The notes under the pieces were generated by a model. It made no database searches and was not told the origin of the DNA. It saw only the letters and a list, made by a program, of their open reading frames with translations. From NCBI GenBank assembly GCA_043228905.1, contig JBHGNT010000001.1:34658001-34722000 (forward strand): 64,000 nucleotides of DNA, in the 5' to 3' direction. Positions 12,777 through 27,400 of the stretch are shown here, one piece after another; the first letter of the stretch is position 1, and each line of letters starts with the position of its first letter. This stretch comes from Azolla caroliniana (lineage: Eukaryota; Plantae; Polypodiophyta). Position numbers and translations under genes: made by a program.

Positions 12777-14014
12777 TTAAGGCGCTTCATTTGCAATCAC
12801 TGCTGTTCCCGATGATTGTTCACGAACACGGTCCCTAAGCTCTTCAAATGCTCTCATGCTTTCGGCATCAAATCCTCCCGCAAACTGCAGAAAGCAATTG
12901 ATTAATAAGTGGAAATTCAGCATTCAAAAATCCATCCAGAAAATGGAAAGAAAGCAACATTACATATTCATGATTAGAGAAAGGAGAAATTGTATCGGGG
13001 ATGAGAAGTAAATGGGATTGATTACCTGATGAACTCTAAATGCAAATCGTACTCCTTGGAGGAGCAAGAATTCCCGTTGCGGATCTTGAACTGCTGATGC
13101 AATTGATGCATCGAGCTCTCCTGCGACTCTTTTCATATAATTCCTAGCTAATTGCACTGTTGCAAGTTTAATCTGCATAAAAAATACCCAGCATATGCAT
13201 GTTAAACATGCATTTTACACTAGAGGGCAAAAGCTGAGAATTTTATATGGATTTCTCTCTAGACATATACCAATTATCACACCAGTGTATTTGGTTAATC
13301 TTACAAATAATGGAGTAATGTACCTTGCCAACCAAGCCAGAATCTAGCATCCATTGTGTCGGAATACTGAATTCCTTGTACCTTGCAATGGCCATATCTC
13401 GAGTCCGTAGCAGTGCATAGACACTTTGCTCCACTCTATAACCAAGAAGAATATAGTCAGAATATATGCTATATGGTGAATATAACACTTGAATGATACA
13501 TGTATTAAACCATCGTTTTACTTTTCTAGCAGTGAAAGCATTTTCTTTAGAGCTGCTTCACATGGAAGGCGTGGGTTGTCTTTGAATGATGTGACCTCGA
13601 TTTCCAGCTTTTTCAAATCTTGATACTCAAATGATGCCTCTCTTAAAACATCTGCCTTGCTTTCGGGCCAATCAAAATGTTTCAAGACGGCACGCTCATC
13701 CACCTGACGATAATATATTCATGTTGTTATGAAGGGATTTCATATCAAATATTAACTGAGTCTTCTTATTATTTAGCTACATTGAAGATGTTTCTTATAA
13801 TGTCAACTATCTTACCAAAAACGAAAGCTCCTCATCTAGCCAGGAAACAAATGAAACAACATCTTCAATATCAGCATAAGCAGCACTCCGGACTTCTGCT
13901 GCAAGGGATTCCACAAATTCACCCTGTGTTTCCACATCTGCTTTAACCTACATTTCAATGGACAATAACAACAAATTGTTGCCAGTTAAGAATCGTTTGG
14001 TAGTGTCTAAACTC

Positions 14015-14050
<36 letters not shown>

Positions 14051-17000
14051 TGTATGTATGTATGTATGTATGTATGTATGTATATATGTATGTATTAAAA
14101 TGCAATCCTCACCGCCAATAAGAATGCAGAACGGTTCTCAATCTCTCCAATAAGGTTGTTGCGTGCATCTGATACATTCACATCAGATCCACCCACGACA
14201 GGATCTTTTCTAGCTTCTCTCCTCATCAATGACTGATAGAATTCTACAAGCTCCGGAGCTCTTTGCACTTTGTCTTCATTTGAAGCTTGCAATTTATTGC
14301 TTCCAGGAGGTGGAGGAGGTGGGGGGGGACCACCAGGAGCACGTGGAGGAGGTGGTGGTGGAGGGGGACCCCCTGCAACTATATCAGATGGTCCTTTTAT
14401 AGATATATTTCCTGATAAGGGTGGTTTTGCGGCAGAAGCTTTTGGTGGTGGCTTTGCAACTCTAGTAGGCCTCTTTTCCACCTCAGAGAACTTCATCTTC
14501 TGCACTTCGGGTCGTTCTACATTTTGTTCATTAGATGGTATTACGTCTGCACTTGGTTGGGGAATCTTGAACTTATTTGAAAGCTTCCCGGGTGCGGCCA
14601 TCATACCCAACTTCATGGCTGGAGATGGAGCTAGAGAAGGAGCTATTTTGAGCTTTTCTGCAAGCTTTTCAGCCCTTGCTTGGTCAGCTTTCTCCTTTAT
14701 GGCATTCTCTCTTGCAACAGCAAGTTTGTGCCTGTCTTTAAATGCAGGATATTTGTCTTCCAGGACACCTGCAACAGATTTTTCCATAAGCTGGAATGAC
14801 GCTGCAACATCACTGACGGGATCTTTCCCATCAATGGTTTGCCGAGTCTTAACTGGACGTAACATTCCCAAGGAATCATCTAGATCTGTTGAAAATCTAC
14901 CACTATCAGATTCGTTCTTGCCATACGTTGTGATAGCTACAGAATCACTATTGTTTCTCATCATTAGTGATTCTAATGGCCCCTTTGCCCGATAGGCAGG
15001 TGAACTGAGAGTAGAAGAAGCAGGTGATAAATGAGACTCATCTTTATTTCTTCCCCATTTCTTCAATTTCTTGATAAGCCCTGACTTCTTGGAAGTAGAT
15101 TGCCTTGTCGAACGTTGACTACCATCAATTGAACCTTCATCAAAGTCATATTCTGATGGAGTTGATGGTGCCGAAGAAATCATACTATCCGCATCATTTT
15201 CAGTTTGCTCTCTAGCTTTGGCAGCGAGGAGATCAGGAGCCGCATATTCCATCATTAACTGTTTTGCTTTTTCTTGAGATCGTGGGCTCAAATTCTTTCC
15301 CAGCTCTAGAGCACTCAGCTTTCCAGGAGGTGCTTGATAATTTCTAAGCTCATATCTCAGACAAGCATTTACCCACCTCAAGTATACAAGCTCCTCAACC
15401 TCACTGAACCTATTCATTTGCAGCCCTTCAACTTGCTTGCTAAGGTCGTCATTTGCAAGTTTCAAAGACAATGTTTCAGCTTGCGCCCTCGCTACTAGTT
15501 CAGTCTGCATTTCAATTACATTTACGGATATAAGAAATAACACTAACTTTCATCGGAGTCACTGAAACATGATTTAAATTCAATAAATGAGACTTATTCA
15601 GGCATGAATCACGAAGCTATAGCTTTCACCATCACTTTTTAAATGATACTTACCTCAGTAAGGCTTGAGAGCTCGGCAATCTTTGCCTCTGCTGCAGCCA
15701 ATTGCACAGTTAACTCTCTTTTCTGATGTTGGAGTTCTTTACTAGTTCTTCTAAGCTCTAGTACTTCAACTTCAAGTTCTCTCAGAGCTTGTAACTTCTT
15801 CTCTGTATCAAAGTCTTTCTTCGAGACCCCCTGCTCCTTCTCTTGAAGAATAGCTACTTGCTGCTTAAGGATCAAAAGTTGAGCTTTTGTTTGTCCAGCA
15901 TCACTTTGTATTGTCTTTTGCAAGTCCTTAACCTTCGCTCTAGCAACATCTAGTTCTTTCTTTAAGTTCTCCTTGCCTAATACTTCTTCTGACAACTTCT
16001 GCTTTTGTTCCTCAAGAGCAACAAGTTTTGTATTCAACTTTTCAATTTCTGCGTTTTTCTTTCTCAGTTGCCTTTCTAGCTCCAGATGGGCCTTCTCTTG
16101 TTCCTTGAGGCCATAGTAGTCAAGCAGCTCAGATTCAAGCTTAATTTCTTTCTGTTTCAAATCGTTAACCAAAGCCTTTAGTTGAATAAGCTCTATAGAC
16201 CCATCTCTAGATTCATTGTTCCCTTTCGCTGTTTGGATTGACAATTTCTTCGCAGAAGTTAAAGCTTCAAAGATCTCTAAAGCTTCATCATCCTCAGAAT
16301 TAAAACTATCATCTGATTCATATTTTGGTTTAGAGGTGTCTTTAATGGCACAACCAATGGATTTCTCGGAATCAGAAGGCAAATCAAGACCTCCTTGAAA
16401 GAGATCATCAATTTCTGGAAGCAAAAGCTGGTCTCCTTCTTGAAAACTTCTAGAACTCAGCGCTGGACTGAAAGTGCTGCTGATCCGTTTAACTTTCTCC
16501 TCCTAAGAAGAAAGCCAAAGAAGTAAATCTCTCTCTCTCTCTCTCTCTCTCCACCCAACAAAACGATAAGACACAAAAGCAAATACATGCTTAATGTTGA
16601 AAAGTCCCTCACATTGTCTTCCTGGAAGCATATGGGAAAAAACCAACAAAACGATAAGACACAAAAGTAAATTTTTGTGTTCTGGTTGGATGCAATATAT
16701 AGAAAAATGGTTTGGAAGATGCGATGCAACACTTGCTTCATGATGCTTCACTAGATTCCTTTGTGAATGAGGCCTTTTTGCAATGCCAATGTATCATGAC
16801 ATGGGAAAAATGTGGAGGCTCAAACCTCCCACATTATACTACATATATTACACCTTAACGACAAAATCATATTCTTTGCCGAATGGGGAAATAACACACA
16901 TCAATACATGTTAGAGCCCATCCCATTGTTTTCTATCCGAACCATTGCCTCCATGGGACTTAGCTCACACTCACTATGATGTGACATGAAACATTGAGTC

Positions 17001-18546
17001 ACAAGTGATGAGAGTAGTTGACTATCCACATTTTTCCCTAAACAAGTGTGCTTTTGCGCACATCTTCGACCAAACCCAATCCTTGCACGAATTTCTCTCA
17101 TCGTTGAGAGTGTGCTGCCTTTACTCTTAATGATTGCCAACATGAATAAAGAGAAAAACATTGGTGCCCGATGATATAATCCAGGCAGCGATGGGATCAT
17201 CCCCAATAGTGGCTGAGGCATTAATCTGATCAGTGACCCATATCCAACTTTTTGGAACTCCCTAAGCAAAGGTACTCAAGATTGGCATTTAGGTCGTCTA
17301 AACTGCTGCAGAAAATGGGATTGTTGGCATGCTGAAATGCAGGAATGGTTCTAGTTGCATGGCATATGTACAAACACACTTCCCCCATTTCAATATAGTT
17401 TGCATTGTCCACACTGAAGAATAGAGCGATCCAAACTGAAGTTAATAAATTGAATAATGAAAGAACATGGATACACATCACATCTCTTGGTACAAAGATG
17501 GGCCACTACAAGGCAATCTTTCTGCACACATCATTGGATGGATTTATTATCAGGCCAACTTATATGGATACACATCTTAGGACCTCTTCAGATCACTTAG
17601 AGATTGGGATTGCATATTATATGTACGCAAATCTATATCTGTCATTGTAGTGTTTTTCATGAGAGACGAAGGAGGTATCATTGCCTCTTCAAACAAGGCT
17701 TTGGCCTGCTCCACAAAGTCATGGAATATGAAGATCAATGTTGTTTGAAACTCTTCTTGCTAGAACTCAGAGACATAGAGAGAAGTTGTTGAATGGACAA
17801 CAATACATGGCTTTCTTTAGCTCCATCACTTCTTATGCTACAAGTCAATTCATGACTACAAAAGTGGGTTCTTGACCAAGACACTCACAAGGGGTTACAA
17901 TTGATCAGGGAATAGCCAGGTACCATGAATGTAGATCACAACCATCTGGAAGACGACACCATCACCCTTGTCACTAACAATAAAAAGGCCATTATCACCC
18001 GGCATCAAAGGTGCCTCCCTTCCCTTCCCTTGCTTTGGAGATTTCTCCATCTTGGAGTGGTCCATGTTGGAGAATTTTCAAAGAAAAAAGTTTCATTCAA
18101 TCCAACTTGAGAATCTTAAGCTCTTAGATATTTAGATTCTTTAGTACCCTATGCTTACTTATATTTGTTTTGGTTCATACCCTATGATAAAACATTGTAA
18201 GCTCCAATGTCTTGTTCAGTCTGAAAAGATGTTAATATAGCTTTTATCTTACTTTCTCTCTTACTACTAAGCCAAGTTTTTACTAGTCCATGTACCTGAG
18301 TTCAATTCTCACTATATGCATCACTTTACTGGATGCCATTGTGGAATAAAAGGGTTAAACACATGACCTTCTGGACTCCGCTGGACAACCTTACCAACAG
18401 ACCACAACAATTTGGAGGTCTTATATAAACACACACAAACGTGTGTGTGTGTGTGTATTATATGTATGGTTTGTCTACTTCAGGTCTCCTAGACCATATT
18501 ACTAGCCTCAAAATAGGATAATAAATTATCATAATCTCTCTCTCTA

Positions 18547-18594
<48 letters not shown>

Positions 18595-19183
18595 AAGAGT
18601 ACCTCTTCTTGCTGCACATCTGCATAAGTGTATATTTCTTTGCCATCGTACACCTCCTCCACAAGGGGGAGCTCTGCCATAAAGTAACATCGAGAATTAT
18701 TTTACTTGATATGATGTAAAGAAGAAGAACAACAATATAACAACCTTACGATGCATCATCACAATATTTTAATCAATCGAATTAACAACAAAAAAGGCAT
18801 CCATAACATTGAGATTCTTCACAACTGTTTTCTCAGATCAATAAAGAACAATTAAAAACGACATACAAAACATTGATATTCACTGGCAGAATAGTTAATA
18901 GAATGCACAATTCTTCTCCTGAAGATTCATCATCGCAATTGTTACTCAATGGAATCAAGAAATTTTCTCATTGAGATTTATCATATTAATTGTTCTTTGT
19001 GGTCGATAGAATGATGAACGAAAAGCCACATCTAATCTTCCGTTCAATCTATTGAAGAAAGAAGAAAAAAATAGACCCACAAATACCTCGAGATTCATCA
19101 CGATTTCGACCACGGGCCTTGAGCTGAGCAAGGGTAATGCCTACCAACGAGCAAGTGACAGCTAGCACCACACGGGCAATCAT
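12777..19183 (-). CDS. CHUP1: CHLOROPLAST UNUSUAL POSITIONING 1 (chloroplast outer-envelope actin regulator), about 1029 aa; exons 19087-19183, 18603-18673, 15654-16502, 14113-15504, 13816-13947, 13522-13703, 13324-13435, 13026-13172, 12777-12884
   Basis: Hydrophobic N-terminal anchor MIARVVLAVTCSLVGITL, coiled coil, VEGLQMNRFSEVEELVYLRWVNACLRYELRNYQ, YPAFKDRHKLA, poly-Pro region, RAPELVEFYQSLM, DERAVLKHFDWPE and FAFRVHQFAGGFDAESM. Spliced frame is open (3090 nt). Confidence 0.96.
14021..14094. repeat. (TATG)n microsatellite in CHUP1 intron 4
   Basis: Direct read. Other SSRs: (AG)n about 4265-4304, (CT)n 5313-5362, 19917-19959 and 63354-63387, (CT)n(CA)n 18535-18592, (CT)n(AT)n 46063-46119. 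Confidence 0.95.
17100..17900 (+). mobile_element. 5'-truncated, decayed non-LTR retrotransposon (LINE, RTE/RTE-X-like) remnant in CHUP1 intron 2, antisense to the host
   Basis: Frameshifted fragments DIIQAAMGSSPIVAEAL, ELPKQRYSRLAFRSS, CWHAEMQEWF, LRTSSDHLEIGIAYY (resembles the RxSxHxLxIExGR motif at the end of LINE ORF2) and YICHCSVFHERRRRYHCLFKQGFG...EDQCCLKLFLLEL. Recognised from memory of LINE C-termini, not by search. Confidence 0.7.
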
Positions 19184-19915
19184 TGGGATGAGGTTCAGAA
19201 GAAGTAAAATTATGATATGGTGGAAAATTTTCGGTTAAGGCTTAACATTGATGAATATCTCTATACCCTTCTGCGAGATAAAAAATTCAACATACACAAA
19301 AGCAACAAGGCGGATCAAAAGAAGAAAAATAGATGATAGAAACATATGTACAGGGAAGAATTTAGGCCGAGATAAGAACTAGAGATATAAAAAGGAGAAA
19401 AACAGACATCAGAAATGGAAGACTGGAGATTCAAGATTAGATATTGATGAATTAAACCTGAATTTTACAAGGCAAGTGAGTAGACATATCCGAAGCATGA
19501 ACCATAGTCTGCAATCTGGCTATGGAAGCTTCTGTTTTCTCTTTGTCTCTCCTATCTTATGCTCTGTTATTTGCTCTGTTTCAATATTTGTGGTCATCCA
19601 TTTTTTTATCAATAAATCTTTTTGGTTGATAATGAGGTTTGAAACCTTACGAACCTAAATAAATTTTGTCTCTTGATGTGTAATGAGAAAGAACAAGAAC
19701 AAGAAAAAGAAGAAGATAATGTAGATAGGTAGGTCACTTGCTTCCATGCATTATATAAGAAATATATATAATATATACATGGTTCACAAGAAAAAAGCCT
19801 ATGGCTCATGGTGGGGTTTCTCCATTTGTGTCTGTCATCTTTGCGTATGGGTCATGCTAATCTTCGTTGTATCGTTCCAGTTTTATCACATGTCCCCCAA
19901 AGGGACATGGCGGGG

Positions 19916-19962
<47 letters not shown>

Positions 19963-20502
19963 TAAAAGATGTTGTATTTCATTGTTGTACAATAATAGCA
20001 TATAACAATTCTAAGGCCACATGACCATTGTCAATAGGATCCACACATCAACATGGTTCACATGCACATGGAGTTCTTGTACCCTGTTTCTCTCCACTCA
20101 CAACATGCAAAGGAGTCACCATAGAGCACAATAAAGAATGTTGACGTCAAAGCAGACTACGAGTACTAGGATATAACACACACGAGCCATACAATCACCA
20201 AATTATGGAGATAGTTGTTCGCCATCTTTGATCAACATGAGGAAACCCAAATGCACTTGTTAAACTTTGTCACAACTTCATTATACAACCATCCACCCAC
20301 CACTATTGTCATCATACAAGGAAACAGGGCCAAGAGACAATACATTGTAGTCACCTAAGTAAGATTGTAAAAGTTAAATTTAACCTTCCTATATATTTCC
20401 TTGAGTGAGAGCTTAGTCTCTAAACCTTCTATTATCCCTTAAAAGTTTAATATTGCTTAATGAAATGTCGTAAATCTTCAACATTTTATCTTACCAACTT
20501 GG

Positions 20503-20878
20503 ACATTTGCATGATGTTGACTATATTGTGTGCTATATCAACAAGAGTTAGAAAGAGGACGCCCAACAAAAGACTTAAGAGTATGTAAAAACAAGGAGAG
20601 ACATACAGTGACTTTTATACTTGCCCTAAGGCCAGGCCATCCTGCACTTGTTTGGAAAATTGAGTCCCAAGTGTTATTTCCTACAATTGTTGATACATTT
20701 GCATGATGTTGACTATATTGTGTGCTATATCAACGAGAGTTAGAAAGAGGACGCCCCACGGAAGACTTAAGAGTAAGTATGTAAAAACAAGGAGAGACAT
20801 ACTGTGACTTTTATACTTGCCCTAAGGCCAGGCCATTCTGCACTCGTTTGGAAATTTGAGTTCCAAGTGTTATTTCCT
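20503..20878. repeat. Two-copy tandem duplication (period about 192 bp) between the ValRS 3' end and the CHUP1 promoter
   Basis: acatttgcatgatgttgactatattgtgtgc...ccaagtgttatttccta starts at 20503 and 20695. Confidence 0.9.
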
Positions 20879-21446
20879 AAACATTCTGCAACCAGGGGGG
20901 AGGGGGAGGAGTAATGCCTCCAACTAGTAATAAATAAGGAGGGTATTGAATGAAGTGTTTACAGAGGTTTTCGCAAATTGATTAAAAATACTCTAATAAA
21001 TAACCTTTATAACATAAAAACATTTCTAGTGAATTAATCCTCTTTATTACATGGTTCAAAGATAAAACGTTCGTATTAGGTCCAATCTAATTAGATCAAA
21101 TATGTGGAGCACAATTTATCTATATGCAACAAAAGTAACATTGTCCAGGTAAAAACATTGACGCATTTTGGGAAATGGTTAAATATAATTCAATTCAAAC
21201 AGTAGCAAATGAAGAATTGCAATGATAGATAAAAGGACAAGTCTCAGATGTTCTGAACGTAAAAGATTCCGAAAAACTTTACTTCTCAACTACACAGAAG
21301 TGTGTAACTTCCTGGAAATATTTTTTGTTGGACCAGAAGCTTTGCTTCAATAGCTCGCAGATCAGTGACATAAATAATGAGCGAAGATCAAAGGCAACAA
21401 TAATTATAGGAAAGCTGAATGCCAGCTTACATAAAAGAAAAAAAAT

Positions 21447-24400
21447 TTATATGATAAGCCTCTCATAGGCCCTTATCACTTCCTCCTCAGCCTCCAATTC
21501 TGCAGTCAATTGGTTACATTTGTCCACATTTTGCTCCTGTAATTTCAATGGCACTTTCTCTTTGTAGCCTGACGTTTCCATCATTTTTGAAAGTGCTTCC
21601 TTTCTCCTGTTCAAATCCAACCATTTATATAAATAAGCAAAATGATCATAACAGCCAAATTCATCATCATTTAAAGCCATAAAATATCCCTAATTTTTCT
21701 GGATATTTGTGAGTATCCCATGCTCAGTATTTACCAGAACACCACTCTCTAATGATAAAGATGTAACAGTGTTTTGATAACCCAATCATTTTGGTCTAGA
21801 AACTTAAGAAAAACTCACTGCATAATTTCATGACGTCTTTTCTCATGCTTCACAATTGCTGCATGTGGATCCACAACTCCCTCTACAAGTAAGTAAGCTG
21901 AAATTTGTGGATTTACAATAGCCACAGCAGTCCTGGGCACAGAATCTGCATCTTGTGTAAACTGTACAATAAACACGGGGCAAATTATTGCATATAAAAC
22001 TAATTAATAAAATAAAATAAAAATGATCAAACATTCCCCCTACAAAAATGCCATTCAAATTCACTTAATTCCAAAAATGCCTCAGAATAATTTCCAGAAC
22101 AATAAAATATTTACTTTGCTCTTTAGAAAACGTATTTGTAATGAAGAAAAGCATAAGAAAAAAAATACTTGATGTTATTTGAAGTTGAGGTTAAATAAAA
22201 TGAAGAAAAGCATAACAAATTGGTATGCTAATAATCTTACCTTTAAGTTTGATAGTTTAGTAAGGGTAATAATCTCCAAAGTGCGCCGCTTAACCAAAGA
22301 TAACATTTCTTCTGATCGGCAGAGTAATAAACCATCAGGTCTGAGAAAAGCAAAAGCAGAATATGATTTTTTGCATGACAAATAAACACTAGTATGCCCT
22401 TCATAGTATGCATTCGGGTATTATAGTAAATCCAATAGGGTCAAGAATAAAGCACAATCTAAGGTCATCCACAAGCAACTCTTATAGTAACTAGTCGTTT
22501 AGCAGGTTGGGATGACAAAATGAGGCACAATGCTCCCATAATTTCATTAATCACTACAGCAGTATGCCTTTCATAATTTCATCGAACACTAGTATGCCTT
22601 TCATAGTATGCACTCTGGTATCATAGTAAATCCAATAGGGTCAAGAATGAAGCACAATCTAAGGTCATCCACAAGCAGCTCTTATTTTAACTTGTAGTTT
22701 CGCAGGTTGGGATGACAAAATGAGGCAGAATGCTCACATAAATTCATCAATTACTACAGCAATAATGGGATTGTGCTCTTCAATTAAACGGAAACACACA
22801 TGAAAAAGCTCTGAAACTATACCTTAGTTTTGAATCTAGATCAAATGAAGTTTGAAGTCTGCGAATAGCCTCTATAACAGATTGTACAATTTGCATTTCT
22901 GTTTCAATTTCCAGAAATTCCCATTCCTGTACAATTAAAAATATTGGCTTTTGGCAGTTGTGAAAAAAAAGCAGTGACTCCAAGAGTTGTGAAACATTAC
23001 CTGGCAATGAGAGGGATATTCTGCCACCATAATAGAGGGCTTTGCAGAACTGTCTGGACTCCGTGGCAACCGTTGCCAAAGCTCTTCAGTAACAAATGGC
23101 ATAATAGGATGCAATAGACGCAACCCATTATCCAGGCAAATCCACAATGTTTCCTGGGTAGCCCTTTGTAAATTTAGAGACACTTCTTCACTGGCGTTTC
23201 CAGCAAGAGCTGGCTTGCTAACCTCTATAAACACGTCACATAGGTCATAATACCACCATGAATGAATGGCTGTAGCAGCTCCTGATAAATCATATGCCGA
23301 AAGACAATTATTTGTCTTCATTATAGCTGTGTTAAGACGAGATAAAATCCACTTGCATGAAAAAGGGAAGGAGAGGAATTGGAGGTTCTTTGAAGGAGAG
23401 AAGCCTTTTCCAAGGTTGATCATTGCAAATCTTACTACATTCCAAAGTTTATTACAGAAATGACGGTAGCCAACAATCCGTTGAATGTCGAGGTTTATTT
23501 TGTCAGACTGCAGATAAGAAAACAATCACAGAACAGATCATAGCAATCAAATGCCCACATTCAGAATACATGCACACAAAATACACAAAATACACAAAAC
23601 TGAAAACTCAGGATAGAAAGAAAGATGGAAACTGATATAAAAACATAACATATGAATGTGGAAGACATGAAACTTTATACATAAAGCCATTTTTAATGTT
23701 TTAACTCTTATAAAGATGAATGCCCATTATTGGGAAGATAAAATTAAATCCAAGACCATCCATCCATAAGAATTCCATGGGTTTAGCATCTTTTTAATTT
23801 CATACCGTCCTCAGCAAAAGGAAAGGTCTAAGAGTTTGGAGTATTATAAACACTTAAATAGCAAGTTTCGCAATTAACCGAACTAGTGCGAAAAACAATA
23901 TTCCTGCAAATGAAAAGGAGACTAATGGATGGACAAAAAGATGAAGACTCAGAAAATATGATATACACTGCTGGAAAGGTCAATATGTAAGGCCAATTCA
24001 CGAACACAGATTAAGGATAACAACATCATGCAAGATACATAGAGAAAGTAACAATGAAAGCCCCAAACAACAGAAGCTAAGTTGCACAATCTAAAAAAGA
24101 AAAAAAAATGAAGAAAGAAGTCCTACCTGTAGAGTATAGGCAACAAGTCCGAAGCGTAGAGCATCAGTTCCACACTGCTCAATTCCTTTCGGAAAGTCCT
24201 CTTTTAGTCCCTCACTTGCTTTCTTAATTTCATTCTTGTCGAGATTACCCTGCTCCAACTTCTTCACTAATTCATCTAATGTGATACCATTGATCACATC
24301 CAATGGGTCAATAACATTTCCAAGAGATTTCGACATCTTCCTTCCATGTGCATCACGCACCATTGCATGCAAATAGACCTACCAAAGGAATAAATAACAA

Positions 24401-27400
24401 GTATTTCCTGCTATTAGTGGCTTCTATTATTAATAATATCATTGTAAACAGTAGAACAATATATAAATAGAGAAAAGAAGGGCATTGTGCCAGGAGTAAG
24501 ATGTAGGGATATCTATAAGCGAGGGTAAGGAGATGCTAGTTGTCCAATGGAGACATAAGCATTCTGCATCTCAAGGAATGTAGTGCTATTGCAGTCAACA
24601 AAATTATAATGGAGGAGTTGGGATGATATAGAATGTCTATGGTACTTCTCTTATGGGAGGATGATTCTTAAAAACATTTTGCTCAAAGAAGTATACTTTG
24701 TACCACCTGTTTGCATTAATGTTTGACCCAGGACAAAGGTATCTTAACTTTTCTTATGGGATGATTCTTAACAACATTTTGCTCAAAGAAAATGTGCTTT
24801 GTAACTCCGTTTTGCATTAATGCTTGACCCAGGACAAAATTAATCTTTGAAGTATCCGACCACTTGTTCTAAAGAAATGACCAAATTTCTGATTCTTTTG
24901 CTAGTTATATCAGCTTTAAATATCTAGAACACAGTTATTACCTTTTTGAAAGGAACTTGACCCGTCAATGTCATGCCTAACATGACCATGCGGGCAACCC
25001 AGAAGAATAAGATATCATGTCCAGTCTCTAGCAGACTTGTGGGATAGAAAGTTTTCAAATCAGTAGTGTTTTTAGGCCAACCCAGAACAGAGAATGGAAA
25101 GAGCCCAGATGAAAACCATGTGTCTAGAACATCAGGATCTTGTGAAAGATGATACTTCTTTCCAGGATACTTCTGTTTTGCTTGCAATTCAGCCTCTTCT
25201 TCATTTCTACCAACCACCCAGTGGTCATCATAAGCTCCAGCATTTACCAACTCGTCATCTTCCAAAGTCACATACCATGCTGGAATTCTATGCCCCCACC
25301 AAAGTTGTCTTGATATACACCAATCCCTTATGTTCTCCAACCATCTACAGAATCAAGACAATTCAGCGAAACTTTATTTATACATTGAGTAGCAGTGGTT
25401 TAGATATTTGACTCAATTTAAATCTGAAATTCCATTACCTGAACCAGTCAGCTTGTGCATGTTTTGGCATTATCTCTAATCGGCCATCCAAAACAGCATC
25501 ACAAGCTTCTTTTGCCATACCACTGCAATCTACAAACCACTGTGGTTTCACCATTGGTTCAATGATATCATTGCTTCTTGAACATTTAGCGAGTCGCATG
25601 TCATTGTTCTCAGCTTTACGATAGAGTCCCTGTGAAATACAATAACATGCACATGATGTCAACAAAAGGTGCCTTCTTCAATACTACTAGAAATTCTTCA
25701 ATTCACTCTCAAAAACCTAATATCAATATCAAACAAATTCAACATTTACCTTCAATTTCAAGGCTTCTAGGATTTCCACACGAGCAACAAATCTCGGCAT
25801 CCCCTCAAACTGTCCTCCATTACTGTTAATTTTCCCATCATCAGTTAAAATACTGATAAACTCCAATTTATGCCTTTTCCCCACTTCAAAATCATTTGGA
25901 TCATGAGCAGGGGTAATCTGTCACATTAAATCAATGCTTTCAATATACTTGCAAAGATGGACAAATGTCAAAAATATGCTTGAACCACAGAATCTTACTT
26001 TAACTGCACCAGTTCCAAAAGCTGGATCGACAAGAACACCATCACAAACGATAGGGATCTTCCTTCCATTAAACGGATGAACAGCAAATTTTCCGTGCAA
26101 ATGCTTATATCTGTCATCATCAGGATGAACGGCTATTGCAGTATCACCAAGCATAGTTTCAGGTCGTGTGGTTGCAACTACTATCTCACCATCTCCATCC
26201 TCTAAAGGGTAAGCAAAGGAGGTAAGAGCCCCAAATTCAACAAGCTGATCATAGCCAGGAACTTTCAACAGTGTTTTCCCCTTGATATCTATATAGTCAA
26301 CCTAAAAAGAGGGTTTTCATAAGAAAATAATATAGAAGGAATTGTAAATTGTTTAATATACTCTAATCAGTACAATCATCTTCATGTAATGTCTTTTTGG
26401 GTAGAAACAATTTTTAGCATCATTCCCACAAGAAATTACAATAATAGTAATACCTCAACATCAGAAATGGCAGTCCTCAGCATACAGTCCCAGTTGACTA
26501 GGCGATTTGCTCTGTACAGGAAAGGAAATAGGCCTTCATCAAATAAACTTAAACGAGGTAAACTTGCAAATAGACTTTCATCAAAGAATTTACAAACCAA
26601 CTACTTTATAGCAGAATTTCTGTGGTTACAATACAAACTTTTCAGAATTAGTGTCTAGTACCTATAAATTAGTCCTCGTTGATGCAATCGCACAAATGCC
26701 TCTATTACTGCCTCTGACCTTGTTGCATCCATCGTGAAACACTGCATCAAATATTTCATTACGAAAACTAATCATTAACAACCTGGTGCAATTTTAAAGA
26801 ACCATTCCACTGTACACAGAATTATAACGTTAATACTTCTCGTGACCAATCAAGAGAAGCTCCAACTTTTCGAAGTTGTTTACAAATCCGGCCTCCATAA
26901 TCATCTTTCCAATTCCAAACCTGTTTTTAGCCAAATGTACCGTTGAATGTTTAGATCAGGTCAAACAATTGACCACCTAGAAAATTATCAATAGAAGCTA
27001 ATGGCACTGTAGTATCCACACCTCCTCAACGAATTTCTCTCTTCCAAGATCATGCCTTGTAAGGCCCCTCTCCTTCATGATCTTTTTTTCTACCACCACC
27101 TACATCATGAGATTTAGGTTGAAACTACATAGCATTCACCAAAGGAACATTATGAATCAAACAAGATATTCTTAAAACAGAATACCTGGGTTGAGATGCC
27201 AGCATGATCTGTTCCAGGAACCCAAAGTGTATTGTATCCGCACATTCGGTGCCATCTGACAATTGTGTCCTAAATGCAGAAGATAAAATGACTTTACAAG
27301 CTTAAAATGGCAGATACGAAATACACAAATGTAGGTGAAATAGACCAGAGGATCCATCGTGAACAAGTTAATCTGAGTAGCTGTAGACAGTGATAATCAA

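Noticed and set aside
14270-14995. 241-aa Gly-rich ORF on the + strand
   Set aside because: It is the antisense shadow of the CHUP1 poly-Pro exon, with no independent support.
18371-18400. About 30-bp motif (ctggactccgctggacaaccttacca) resembling sequence near 55577-55603
   Set aside because: Too short and degenerate to separate from chance or a common repeat fragment without a search.
22385-22761. Intronic doublet as a possible tandem snoRNA pair
   Set aside because: A C-box-like TGATGA occurs in only one copy, with no matching D box or terminal stem. Simple tandem duplication explains it.
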